64,000 nucleotides of DNA. Origin: Limisphaerales bacterium. GTDB lineage: Bacteria; Verrucomicrobiota; Verrucomicrobiia; Limisphaerales; JADLHS01. A model generated the notes under the pieces. That model was not told the DNA's origin. It saw only the letters and a list, made by a program, of their open reading frames with translations, and made no database searches. Position numbers and translations under genes: made by a program. Below are positions 8,878 to 16,808 of the stretch, one piece after another. Each line of letters starts with the position of its first letter. The stretch's first letter is position 1. The stretch covers positions 200,018-264,017 of the forward strand of contig JBGAIM010000006.1 in the NCBI GenBank assembly GCA_044225555.1, given 5' to 3'.

Positions 8878-9699
8878 ATGACCGAAATCCTTTCCGTAAT
8901 GAAATGGCCGCTGGTGGCGTGCCTGTTGTTGCCGGGCATCCTGGTTTACTACGGCCTGCACATCATCCGGCGCGAAGTCATCTTCGTTGACCTGGCGCTG
9001 GCGCAGGTGGCGACGCTGGGCACGTGCGTTTGTTTGTACCTCGGTCACGAACCGGATGATCCGCACAATTATTTTTGGTCGCTCGGCTTTACGCTCGTAG
9101 GGGCGGCAGTGTTCACGTTTACGCGCCCACGCAAGCACGCCCGCGTACCGCAGGAAGCTCTGATCGGAATTATCTACGTAGTGGCGGCGGCAGCGGGAAT
9201 CTTGTTGCTGAGCAAGAGCCCGCACGGAAAGGAGGAACTCCAGCGCACGCTCGTGGGCGATCTGCTCACCGTGACTTCGCAGGAAATCTGGAAGACTGCC
9301 GCGCTCTATGCGGTCATCGGCGTGGTGCATTTCATCTTCCGGAAACAGTTCATCAAGCTCTCATTCGATCATGAACATGCGGCAGCCGGAGGACTGGCGG
9401 TGCATTTCTGGGATTTCATGTTCTATGCGCTGTTCGGCTTGATCGTGACGAGCTTTGTGCAAGTTGGCGGCGTACTGATGGTGTTTTCTTACCTGATCGT
9501 CCCGGCGGCGTGCGGCACGTATCTGGTCAATTCGTTGCTCGGACGATTGGCCGTAGGTTGGGGTGTAGCGACATTGGCGAGCGTGGGTGGACTTTACGCC
9601 TCGTTCAAACTCGACGTGCCGACCGGTGCGGCGATTGTCTGCACCCTCGGCCTCGCGCTGCTGGTGTCGGGGGCGATCTCGAAGTGCAGAAGGGTTTGA
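8878..9699 (+). CDS. Metal ABC transporter permease, ABC-3 (ZnuB-like) family
   Basis: 273-aa polytopic membrane protein. The N-terminus LLPGILVYYGLHIIRREVIFVDLALAQVATLG is typical of the ABC-3 family, and it follows the ZnuA-like gene. Confidence 0.8.
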   Translation: MTEILSVMKWPLVACLLLPGILVYYGLHIIRREVIFVDLALAQVATLGTCVCLYLGHEPDDPHNYFWSLGFTLVGAAVFTFTRPRKHARVPQEALIGIIYVVAAAAGILLLSKSPHGKEELQRTLVGDLLTVTSQEIWKTAALYAVIGVVHFIFRKQFIKLSFDHEHAAAGGLAVHFWDFMFYALFGLIVTSFVQVGGVLMVFSYLIVPAACGTYLVNSLLGRLAVGWGVATLASVGGLYASFKLDVPTGAAIVCTLGLALLVSGAISKCRRV

Positions 9700-9777
9700 C
9701 GCCGCGAGCCGGCAAGGCCGGGCCGCCCGGTTTGTCCGGGAGAGGAACTACTGCGGAAATGTGCGTGCCAGTGGGGA

Positions 9778-10185
9778 TCAGTTTGCCGCGAGAGCGACTG
9801 CTCCGTGGTTGTCACAATGGTCGCCGTGCGGGTGATGCAGGTGGCCATTGACCACGTAATCGGTATGCTCGCCGTGGGGCAGGGCGGGGTGACCGCAATT
9901 CGCGCTGTGGGCGTGTAGAGCGGGTTGTTCGCCGGCGCCGTGGCCTGGGGTGCACTGATCGGGATTTGCGGCGCTGACGGCGAGAGTGTGATCATCGACA
10001 TGGCCCGCGTGGTTGTGATGCAAGTGGCCGGCGTCGAGGTAGTCCACATGACCGGCGTGCTGCACCGTGGGATGGCCGCAGCCGGCGCCGTGTTGATGGG
10101 GATGGGATTGCGCGTGCTGGGAATGGGTGGCACAGCCGGCGGCAACCAGCGTGAAGGGGACCAGGAGCGTGAGGAGTTTTTTCAT
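9778..10185 (-). CDS. Histidine/cysteine-rich lipoprotein with two tandem ~45-aa modules (putative metal-binding)
   Basis: ATG at 10185 gives MKKLLTLLVPFTLVAAGC (lipobox). Two repeats follow the pattern CGHPxxxHxxHxDYxxxGHLHHxHxxHxDxH...AAN. Confidence 0.7.
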   Translation of the reverse strand: MKKLLTLLVPFTLVAAGCATHSQHAQSHPHQHGAGCGHPTVQHAGHVDYLDAGHLHHNHAGHVDDHTLAVSAANPDQCTPGHGAGEQPALHAHSANCGHPALPHGEHTDYVVNGHLHHPHGDHCDNHGAVALAAN

Positions 10186-10256
10186 TTGGATTATTGTGGT
10201 TGAAAAGGACGACGAGCGCAGGAGAGCAGAGCCGGATGGCTGCGGGCAAGCGGCGG

Positions 10257-10277
10257 ATTTGCAAGTGACTTGCAAAT
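10257..10277. promoter_or_regulatory. Perfect 10-1-10 palindrome ATTTGCAAGT-G-ACTTGCAAAT, candidate Fur/Zur-type operator
   Basis: Read directly from the sequence. Lies in the divergent intergenic region between the His-rich lipoprotein gene (minus) and the 10326 gene (plus). Confidence 0.5.
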
Positions 10278-10325
10278 ATCATCATTGCCGGCGCGCATGA
10301 GTCTTGCTGAATTGATTGTGCGAAC

Positions 10326-10652
10326 GTGAATGTGAAGCGACAACAATGGTATCAGGCTGCAAACCAGCGCCGCGCAGTGGCGGGCTTGTTGTGCGGACTG
10401 TTCTTATTTGTCCTCGCGCTGGCGCAATTCGAGACACTGCACCGGCTGTTGCATTCGGATGCCGGGAAGGCAACCCACCAATGCGCGGTCACCATGCTCC
10501 AAGGCGGGCAGGTGGATGCGCCCGGCGCCTGTGCCGAGGTGGTTTCGAGCGCGCCCGCCGGGGACATTTGCCTGTTGCCGCAAAATGATTTTGTTGCTTC
10601 GGTCGCCTATTCCCTTCCTCCCAGTTGCGGCCCGCCCGCACTCCTCGCCTGA
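10326..10652 (+). CDS. Small exported Cys/His protein, paralog B (DUF2946-like by recollection)
   Basis: Shares with 5813..6145 a hydrophobic helix, E-x-LH-x2-H motif, H-x-CAV motif and C-terminal S-C-GPP. GTG start. Confidence 0.5.
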   Translation: MNVKRQQWYQAANQRRAVAGLLCGLFLFVLALAQFETLHRLLHSDAGKATHQCAVTMLQGGQVDAPGACAEVVSSAPAGDICLLPQNDFVASVAYSLPPSCGPPALLA

Positions 10653-10796
10653 TCCGTAACCGGCCTTGGCCGCTGACGTCCGCCCTCCACGGTGCGCCGA
10701 CGCGGGGCCAGGGAGAACTTCCTCAGGAATTCGTTGGGTCTGCCGCTGCCCGGGTTCACCGGCGTGTGAACCGAAAGGCGGAGTCATTTCAGTTCC

Positions 10797-11483
10797 ATGA
10801 AACCAAAACGGACGTTGAGTCGTTGTGGTGGGTTTACCTTGATTGAGCTGCTCGTCGTGATTGCGATCATCGCAATCCTCGCGGCACTGCTGCTGCCGGC
10901 CGTGGCGCGAGCGAAGGGCAAGGCCAAAGCCGTTTCGTGCGTGTCGAACCTGCACCAGATCGGTCTGGCGATGAACCTCTATGCCGAGGACGCCAATGGT
11001 TTTCTGCCTGGCACGAGCCATTCCAGCCGGAGCAATTCGTGGATCTACAGCCTCGCCCCCTACCTCGCCAACGTGGACCACATCCGCATTTGTCCTGCTG
11101 ACAAAAAGGGGGACGAGCGTTTGCTGAACCACGGGACGAGTTATGTGATGAATGAATATACGTCCGTGCCGGCGCTCGATCCCTTCGGCAGCCCAATTGC
11201 GAACGAACCTGTCTGGAACAAACTCAGTTCGATTCCCAAACCTTGCAACACGATACTGATTTTTGAGGTGGCGGATCGTGCCGGCACGGGCACCGGACAG
11301 GACCACACACATTCCCGCAATTGGCTCAACGGCTGGAACAGCGTGCTGGATGACATTCAACCCGACCGCCACGGCGTGGCGGCAAATTATCTGTTCGCCG
11401 ACTGGCATGTCGCGGCCTTGAAGGCAGACCAACTCAAGCAACGGATCGTGGCCCGGGACAACTTCGCCCGGCCACCGCAATGA
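10797..11483 (+). CDS. Prepilin-type N-terminal cleavage/methylation domain protein, H-X9-DG (DUF1559-like) family
   Basis: [25 protein letters not shown] pilin-like N-terminus. C-terminal [12 protein letters not shown] matches the H-X9-DG spacing. Confidence 0.8.
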   Translation: MKPKRTLSRCGGFTLIELLVVIAIIAILAALLLPAVARAKGKAKAVSCVSNLHQIGLAMNLYAEDANGFLPGTSHSSRSNSWIYSLAPYLANVDHIRICPADKKGDERLLNHGTSYVMNEYTSVPALDPFGSPIANEPVWNKLSSIPKPCNTILIFEVADRAGTGTGQDHTHSRNWLNGWNSVLDDIQPDRHGVAANYLFADWHVAALKADQLKQRIVARDNFARPPQ

Positions 11484-11544
11484 AGCCCAGCCAATTTCAC
11501 GGTGCGAGCCGTGAGTCAGCAAGAACCCAGTAGCAAAACCAAAC

Positions 11545-12279
11545 ATGAAAACACAAACCGATGAGATCACCGGTCGCATCCGTCAGCTTGGGCTGGCGGC
11601 GCTGCTGACCACGGGCCTGGCGACCCAGGCACAAACCACGCTGCTCGACGGCCACGTGGACGTGGGCGTTGATTACGATGAAAGCCTCAACGCCTGGAAT
11701 TTGCACGTGCACGATGAAGCCACCGCTTCCGAATATTCTCCGCCGACCGATGCTGTGCTGTTCGTGAAGTATGCCGCGCACAGTTCGTTGAGCACCGACC
11801 CCACGTGGAGTTTCCTTGGCAGCCCCGGCGCGGACATCTGGACGCTGCCCAAGGCGCAGGATCTAAATCTACTGTTCCTGGGCTTTGGTGCGGAGGAGAT
11901 CGCCGACGGGACATTTGCCGGCAACCAATTCACCATGGCACTCACTTCGGTTACCGGACCTGGCCGGTTCGTGGTTTATGATACGGACGCCTTCGGTGCC
12001 CCCCAAGTTTGGATGAATTCCGGGGATGGCATCTCGGGTGCGGATGCGCGGGTATTGTCTTCGGGAGCGCACAGTCATGTGAATTGGGCTTTCACCGCGC
12101 CGGGGGACTACTCGGTGTTCTTCAACGCCTCGGCCATCAGCACGCTCAACGGCCCCACCAGTAGCGGTAGCGTGGAATATCGATTTCATGTGGAAGCCGT
12201 TCCGGAGCCCGGGGCAATGAGTTTGGTCAGTGCTGGTGTACTGACTGGATGGTTGGTTCGCCGCCGACGGCACAACTAA
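11545..12279 (+). CDS. Choice-of-anchor-M / TIGR03769-like surface protein with PEP-CTERM sorting signal
   Basis: LLDGHVDVGVDYDE, LFLGFGAEEI and GAHSHVNWAFTAPGDY resemble the ABC-transporter-associated repeat domain. The C-terminus VPEPGAMSLVSAGVLTGWLVRRRRHN is a PEP-CTERM tail. Confidence 0.55.
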   Translation: MKTQTDEITGRIRQLGLAALLTTGLATQAQTTLLDGHVDVGVDYDESLNAWNLHVHDEATASEYSPPTDAVLFVKYAAHSSLSTDPTWSFLGSPGADIWTLPKAQDLNLLFLGFGAEEIADGTFAGNQFTMALTSVTGPGRFVVYDTDAFGAPQVWMNSGDGISGADARVLSSGAHSHVNWAFTAPGDYSVFFNASAISTLNGPTSSGSVEYRFHVEAVPEPGAMSLVSAGVLTGWLVRRRRHN

Positions 12280-12348
12280 AATGGTTGGTGCGCGCGGTCG
12301 CCGCTTTATTTCTTCCCGGCGGCCGCGCTTCCGACCGCGACGTGACCT

Positions 12349-13404
12349 ATGAAAGCGTTTTGGAGCGTAACGTGGTGGTTTGTGGGCAGCCTGGTGCCGG
12401 TGCTGGCCCAGGTCACAAATCTGGACCATCAGCACATGGACTTCCGGCTCGAGTACGACTCGGCGGCGGTGGGTAGCAATCGGCTGGGCTTGGTGCTCGG
12501 TTATGATCCGGGCCAGCGGGCGACCAACACGGAGGCCTATCTTGTCGGCGGCGCCGGTGCGCAATTAACGATCCCGGCCAATCCCGACTACGCGTTTCTC
12601 GGCGCGCCGGGTGCGCCCGTGTGGGTCCTGCCGCAATCGCAAGTCACCTCGCTGCCGTATCTGGGCATTTCCGCCGAGGACATCCCGCTCGGAGTGTTTG
12701 CGGATCCAATGGAACTGGAGTTGGTCTCCGTGGAAGGTCCCGGCAATTTCTTTTCCTGGTCCGTGAGTGGTGCGGGGAATCCGCCCACGATCAAGTTCAT
12801 TGCGACCAACGGCGTGGTCTCGCCACAGTACCACCTGGCGAACCCGTTTATCGGCAGTCATGAGCACAACAACTGGGCGTTCAGCACCCCGGGGCTCTAC
12901 TGCATTACCCTTCGTGCCAACGGGACGTTTCTCGGTGACGCGACCCATACCGTCGGTCGCAACGTGGCATGGTCGTTTCAAATTCTCCCCCTCCGGCCAT
13001 GGGAGAGTTGGATTGCCACCAACTGGTTGCCGGCAACCTCACCGCTGACCAACGGTGCGACCGCGGATCCCGATGGCGACGGCGTGCCGAACGCCTTCGA
13101 GTATGCGCTCGGCCTGAATCCAAACATCGCTTCAACCACCGGCTTGCCCGCGTTTTCACTGATTGAAACCAATGGGCAGAAGTTTGGAGCGCTGACCTAC
13201 ACGCGAGTCAAAACCGCGACCGACGTAGACTATTCACCCTCGGTGTGCAGCGCATTGGTTGCCGCCGACTGGGCCGTGTTGACCAACACGGTCAGCGTTG
13301 AGGACCACGGCGAAACGGAGAGCGTCACCGTGAGGGATGCGGTTCCATTGTCGACCACCACCCAACGCTTCTTCCAATTCCGCGCAAGATTGAATTACCC
13401 ATGA
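12349..13404 (+). CDS. Choice-of-anchor-M / TIGR03769-like secreted protein (paralog) with a DPDGDG motif and an FFxFR C-terminal module
   Basis: HQHMDFRLEYD, PYLGISAEDIP and GSHEHNNWAFSTPGLY parallel the upstream gene. These are followed by ADPDGDGVPNAFEYALGLNP and a C-terminus ending ...QRFFQFRARLNYP. Confidence 0.55.
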   Translation: MKAFWSVTWWFVGSLVPVLAQVTNLDHQHMDFRLEYDSAAVGSNRLGLVLGYDPGQRATNTEAYLVGGAGAQLTIPANPDYAFLGAPGAPVWVLPQSQVTSLPYLGISAEDIPLGVFADPMELELVSVEGPGNFFSWSVSGAGNPPTIKFIATNGVVSPQYHLANPFIGSHEHNNWAFSTPGLYCITLRANGTFLGDATHTVGRNVAWSFQILPLRPWESWIATNWLPATSPLTNGATADPDGDGVPNAFEYALGLNPNIASTTGLPAFSLIETNGQKFGALTYTRVKTATDVDYSPSVCSALVAADWAVLTNTVSVEDHGETESVTVRDAVPLSTTTQRFFQFRARLNYP

Positions 13405-14255
13405 ACACACTCCAGGAACTCTGCAAATTCACCGCCCAGGTGCCCGGGGCCACCGCAACTCCAGCCGAGCGCGACCAGCGCGGCGCCCACCCGGATGGCC
13501 ACCGGACGGATGTCATCACCATCAAGAATCTGCGCATCGAGTATCGCTCGCGGGAACTCGGCAACCAGACCAAGGTGGCAGTGAACAACCTCTCGCTTTC
13601 GGTGCATGCCGGTGAAGTCTTTGGTTTTCTCGGGCCCAACGGCGCCGGCAAAACCTCGACGATGAACGTCCTGCTCGGTTTTGTTCCACCCATCAGCGGC
13701 GCGGCGAGCATCTTTGGCGTGAATGTCGAGCAGACCATCGCGCGGCAACGGCTTGGGTACCTGCCGGAACTGACGTATTACTACAAGTTTCTCACAGCCG
13801 AAGAATTGTTGCGCTTCTACTCGCGCATCTTTGGAATCGAGCCTGCCGAGCGCGAGCGACGCATCGATGCCGTGTTAAAACTGGTGGAACTGGAGCACGC
13901 CCGCAAACGGCTCATCAAGACCTACTCGAAAGGCATGCAGCAGCGGGTCGGCCTCGCCCAGGCGCTGATCAACAATCCTGACCTGCTCATACTCGACGAA
14001 CCCACCAGCGGGCTCGACCCATTGGGCCGCATGAAGGTGCGTAGCCTCATCCAGCGCCTCAAGAACGAGGGCAAAACGGTATTCTTTTCCTCCCACGAAC
14101 TGGGCGAAGTGGAAACCATCTGCGACCGCGTGGCCATCATGCATCACGGTGACTTGCGTGTCCTGGGGCGGGTGGACGACCTCGCGCGCGAGCATCGGTG
14201 CAACCTCGAACAGTTGTTCCTCAAAATCGTTGGCTTTCAACCCGAGCCGCTTTGA
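13401..14255 (+). CDS. ABC transporter ATP-binding protein (ABC-2/NosF-DrrA-like type)
   Basis: Walker A GPNGAGKTS, signature YSKGMQQR, Walker B LLILDEPTSGLD, H-loop SSHEL. The ATG overlaps the upstream stop (ATGA). Confidence 0.85.
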   Translation: MNTLQELCKFTAQVPGATATPAERDQRGAHPDGHRTDVITIKNLRIEYRSRELGNQTKVAVNNLSLSVHAGEVFGFLGPNGAGKTSTMNVLLGFVPPISGAASIFGVNVEQTIARQRLGYLPELTYYYKFLTAEELLRFYSRIFGIEPAERERRIDAVLKLVELEHARKRLIKTYSKGMQQRVGLAQALINNPDLLILDEPTSGLDPLGRMKVRSLIQRLKNEGKTVFFSSHELGEVETICDRVAIMHHGDLRVLGRVDDLAREHRCNLEQLFLKIVGFQPEPL

Positions 14256-14258
14256 CCT

Positions 14259-15035
14259 ATGAAAAACTCCCTCGCGATCGCCCATGTCGTCCTGCTCGAA
14301 ATGTATCGGCGCAAGGACTTTTACGTGCTGTTCTTCCTCACCGTGCTGATCACCGCCTTGATGGGCTCGGTGAACTTCTTTAACGACCCGAGGATCGTGC
14401 GGTACCTCAAGGAAATCTGCCTCGCGTTAATCTGGGGGTGTGGTCTCCTCATCGCCATCGCGACGACGGCGCGCCAGATTCCGGCCGAACGCGAAAGCCG
14501 CACCATCTTTCCGCTGATGGCCAAGCCCATCACGCGAGGCCAGGTGCTGTTCGGAAAATTTCTCGGCTGCTGGGGTGCGACATGCCTGTCGCTCCTGGCC
14601 TTCTATTTTTTCTTCGGGCTGGTGGTCGCCTCCAAGGAGCACGCATGGCCGCTCGGGAACTACTTTCAGGCCTGGTCGCTGCACTGCGTAATGTCTGCGG
14701 TGCTGGTGGGCCTGACGCTGATCGGTTCCCTCCTGCTTAGTTCCGTGGCCGCCAACATCACCCTCAGCGTGGTGGTGAGCGGCGGCATCCTCTTCGTTGG
14801 CCGGCATCTCAACAAGATCGCCGCGCAGTTGAACGAACTGACCGGTGCGTGCGTGAGCGGTCTCTACTATGCCATTCCACATCTTGAACTGTTTGATGTG
14901 CGGGATCTCATTGTGCACAACTGGCCGTTGATCGGCTGGAACATCTGGGCGCTGGCGGTGGGGTATGCGTTGCTCTACGCCGCGTTGTTGTTCCTGGGCG
15001 CCTGGCTGCTCTTCCGGAGGAAATCGTTTCAATGA
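14259..15035 (+). CDS. ABC-2 family transporter permease
   Basis: Six hydrophobic segments. The motif IPAERESRTIFPLMAKPITRGQVLFGKFLG is typical of ABC2_membrane permeases (NosY/GldF-like). Confidence 0.75.
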   Translation: MKNSLAIAHVVLLEMYRRKDFYVLFFLTVLITALMGSVNFFNDPRIVRYLKEICLALIWGCGLLIAIATTARQIPAERESRTIFPLMAKPITRGQVLFGKFLGCWGATCLSLLAFYFFFGLVVASKEHAWPLGNYFQAWSLHCVMSAVLVGLTLIGSLLLSSVAANITLSVVVSGGILFVGRHLNKIAAQLNELTGACVSGLYYAIPHLELFDVRDLIVHNWPLIGWNIWALAVGYALLYAALLFLGAWLLFRRKSFQ

Positions 15036-16024
15036 AATCGCATCGCGCCTTCGTTTTCTTGGGTGGGTTATTGCTGGTAACGGCCACCGCCGCTGCGGCC
15101 TGGCTGGACCGTTGGTTCATGGAGTGGCCGGGTAATCGCGCCAAAAACGGGAATCCCCTTAGCATAGCCATCGGCGACGGACAGAAGCTCTTCGCTGGAC
15201 ACTTCTATCGCAAAGCCGACGTGTATTACCACAGCGGCATGTATCCGAGCATCTTTGACAACAACGAGTCGTTCAAAACTGCGCACATTGGCGAGGACGC
15301 GGGCGCCACGGGGAGCAGGAACACGGGGGACGAGGCGAAATATCTCGGGGAGGAACATGATCTTATTGATCGCTTCAGCCGCAATTTTTTTCCGTCGCGT
15401 CATACCCATCTGGATGAGGGCGGCCCGAACCGGCATGGTCCTGCTCCTGCCGCTGACACCAAGACTCACGAACACGGCCCCGACGGACAGGTTATCGAAC
15501 TGGGCGGCGGGGACAGCGGCGAAGTGCGGGAGATTCTGCCCTGGCTGAAGTTGGCACAGGAGCTCGACCCCGAGAATCCGTTGACCTACTCGGTGACCTC
15601 GTATTGGTTGCGCAGCCGGATGAACAAGCCGCGCGAGGCCGAACGGTTGTTACGCGAAGGTTTGAAACACCTGCCGAATCATCCGGTGCTGTTGTTCGAG
15701 CTGGGACGGAGTTATTACCAGCCATTTCCTTCTGAACAGGAACGGGCGCGCCGAGTCGAGAGCGATCTCCCTCGCGCGCGCAACATCTGGCGTACCGGGG
15801 TCAGTGCGTGGCGCGAACACGAAGCGAACCAACCCGAGCCCGACGTGTTCATCCTCGAGCAATTGCTGACGCACCTGGCCAAACTCGAAGAGGAAGGCGG
15901 GAATTTTCCGCAGGCGCTAAAATATTGGGAGGCGGCGCAAAAGATCGCCCCGGAGCGGGACGGTATTCCCCGGCAGATTGCGCAGCTCCGCCAGAAGCTT
16001 GCGCCTGTCCCCATCCGACCGTGA
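15032..16024 (+). CDS. Membrane-anchored TPR-like protein with a His-containing linker
   Basis: N-terminal TM helix (FVFLGGLLLVTATAAAAWL), HTHLDEGGPNRHGP...KTHEHGPDG, then TPR-like helices (LAQELDPENPL...LLFELGRSYY). ATGA overlap with the permease gene. Confidence 0.5.
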   Translation: MKSHRAFVFLGGLLLVTATAAAAWLDRWFMEWPGNRAKNGNPLSIAIGDGQKLFAGHFYRKADVYYHSGMYPSIFDNNESFKTAHIGEDAGATGSRNTGDEAKYLGEEHDLIDRFSRNFFPSRHTHLDEGGPNRHGPAPAADTKTHEHGPDGQVIELGGGDSGEVREILPWLKLAQELDPENPLTYSVTSYWLRSRMNKPREAERLLREGLKHLPNHPVLLFELGRSYYQPFPSEQERARRVESDLPRARNIWRTGVSAWREHEANQPEPDVFILEQLLTHLAKLEEEGGNFPQALKYWEAAQKIAPERDGIPRQIAQLRQKLAPVPIRP

Positions 16025-16545
16025 AAGATTCCACGCAACAGCTGGCCTGGGCCCTGAACGCCTGCCGCCGACTCCAACTGCGGCTCACGCCGGTGCGCGA
16101 GAAAGTCCTCGCGTTCCTGGCGGCGCAACGCGTGCCGGTGAGCCTCGCTGAGCTGATGCAAGCCGAGGATTTGCAAGGCGTGTGTGACGCGACGACTGCG
16201 TATCGCACGGTGATGTTGCTCTGCGATGCGGAGGTGCTGCGCCAAGTGGGCTTGCCGGACAAGGTCAGCCTTTTTGTCTTAAATATCCCCGGGGAAAATA
16301 ATCACTTCCTGGTCTGCCGGCAGTGTGGGACGATCACAGAATTGCCCACCGGGTCGCACTGCGAATCCATGGAGCAAGCCGTTGCCGCCTCGCATGGTTA
16401 CAAACAGTTGTATCATGAGCTGCAATTCTTCGGCATTTGTCCAACCTGCCAGAAACAGCCGGCCCGGGTGATCTCCACCAAGTTGCCGGTGGTCGGCTGC
16501 AAACATAGCGCGCAACCGAATCCGAGCCGGCTCCGGGGGCGATGA
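16021..16545 (+). CDS. Fur family transcriptional regulator (Zur-like by context)
   Basis: The GTG at 16021 overlaps the upstream stop. Winged-helix region (LRLTPVREKVLAFLAAQ...SLAELM), then FLVCRQCG...ICPTCQ, a structural CxxC...CxxC zinc site. Confidence 0.7.
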   Translation: MKDSTQQLAWALNACRRLQLRLTPVREKVLAFLAAQRVPVSLAELMQAEDLQGVCDATTAYRTVMLLCDAEVLRQVGLPDKVSLFVLNIPGENNHFLVCRQCGTITELPTGSHCESMEQAVAASHGYKQLYHELQFFGICPTCQKQPARVISTKLPVVGCKHSAQPNPSRLRGR

Positions 16546-16710
16546 CAACCGCGTGGGGAAGGGATGCCATACCACACTGCGGGCGCGCAGTCCCCAATCG
16601 CCGCCGGCTGCGCAAGCCAGGCTGCCGCTGCCTGGAAAATCAGACGCATGTGAACTTAAGTTCTGAGTTAGCACAACTTGGGTGGCTTGCTGAAGACTCA
16701 AAAAAATTCT

Positions 16711-16726
16711 TGTGAATTATTTCACA
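16711..16726. promoter_or_regulatory. CRP/FNR-type dyad TGTGA-N6-TCACA upstream of the atp operon
   Basis: TGTGAATTATTTCACA read directly, ~85 nt upstream of the atpB start. Confidence 0.3.
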
Positions 16727-16808
16727 GCGGGGCAATCTGCGCGTCCTTTCGTCGCCGGGTTTGCGCTTTCGCGCGGGGTGTTAGCGACGAGGTGGTTTCA
16801 GAAACTCG

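Noticed and set aside
9594-10145. 183-aa alternative-frame ORF over the His-rich lipoprotein gene
   Set aside because: It is Pro/Thr/Ala-rich with no signal or motifs. The frame with the lipobox and the repeated His modules is far more coherent.
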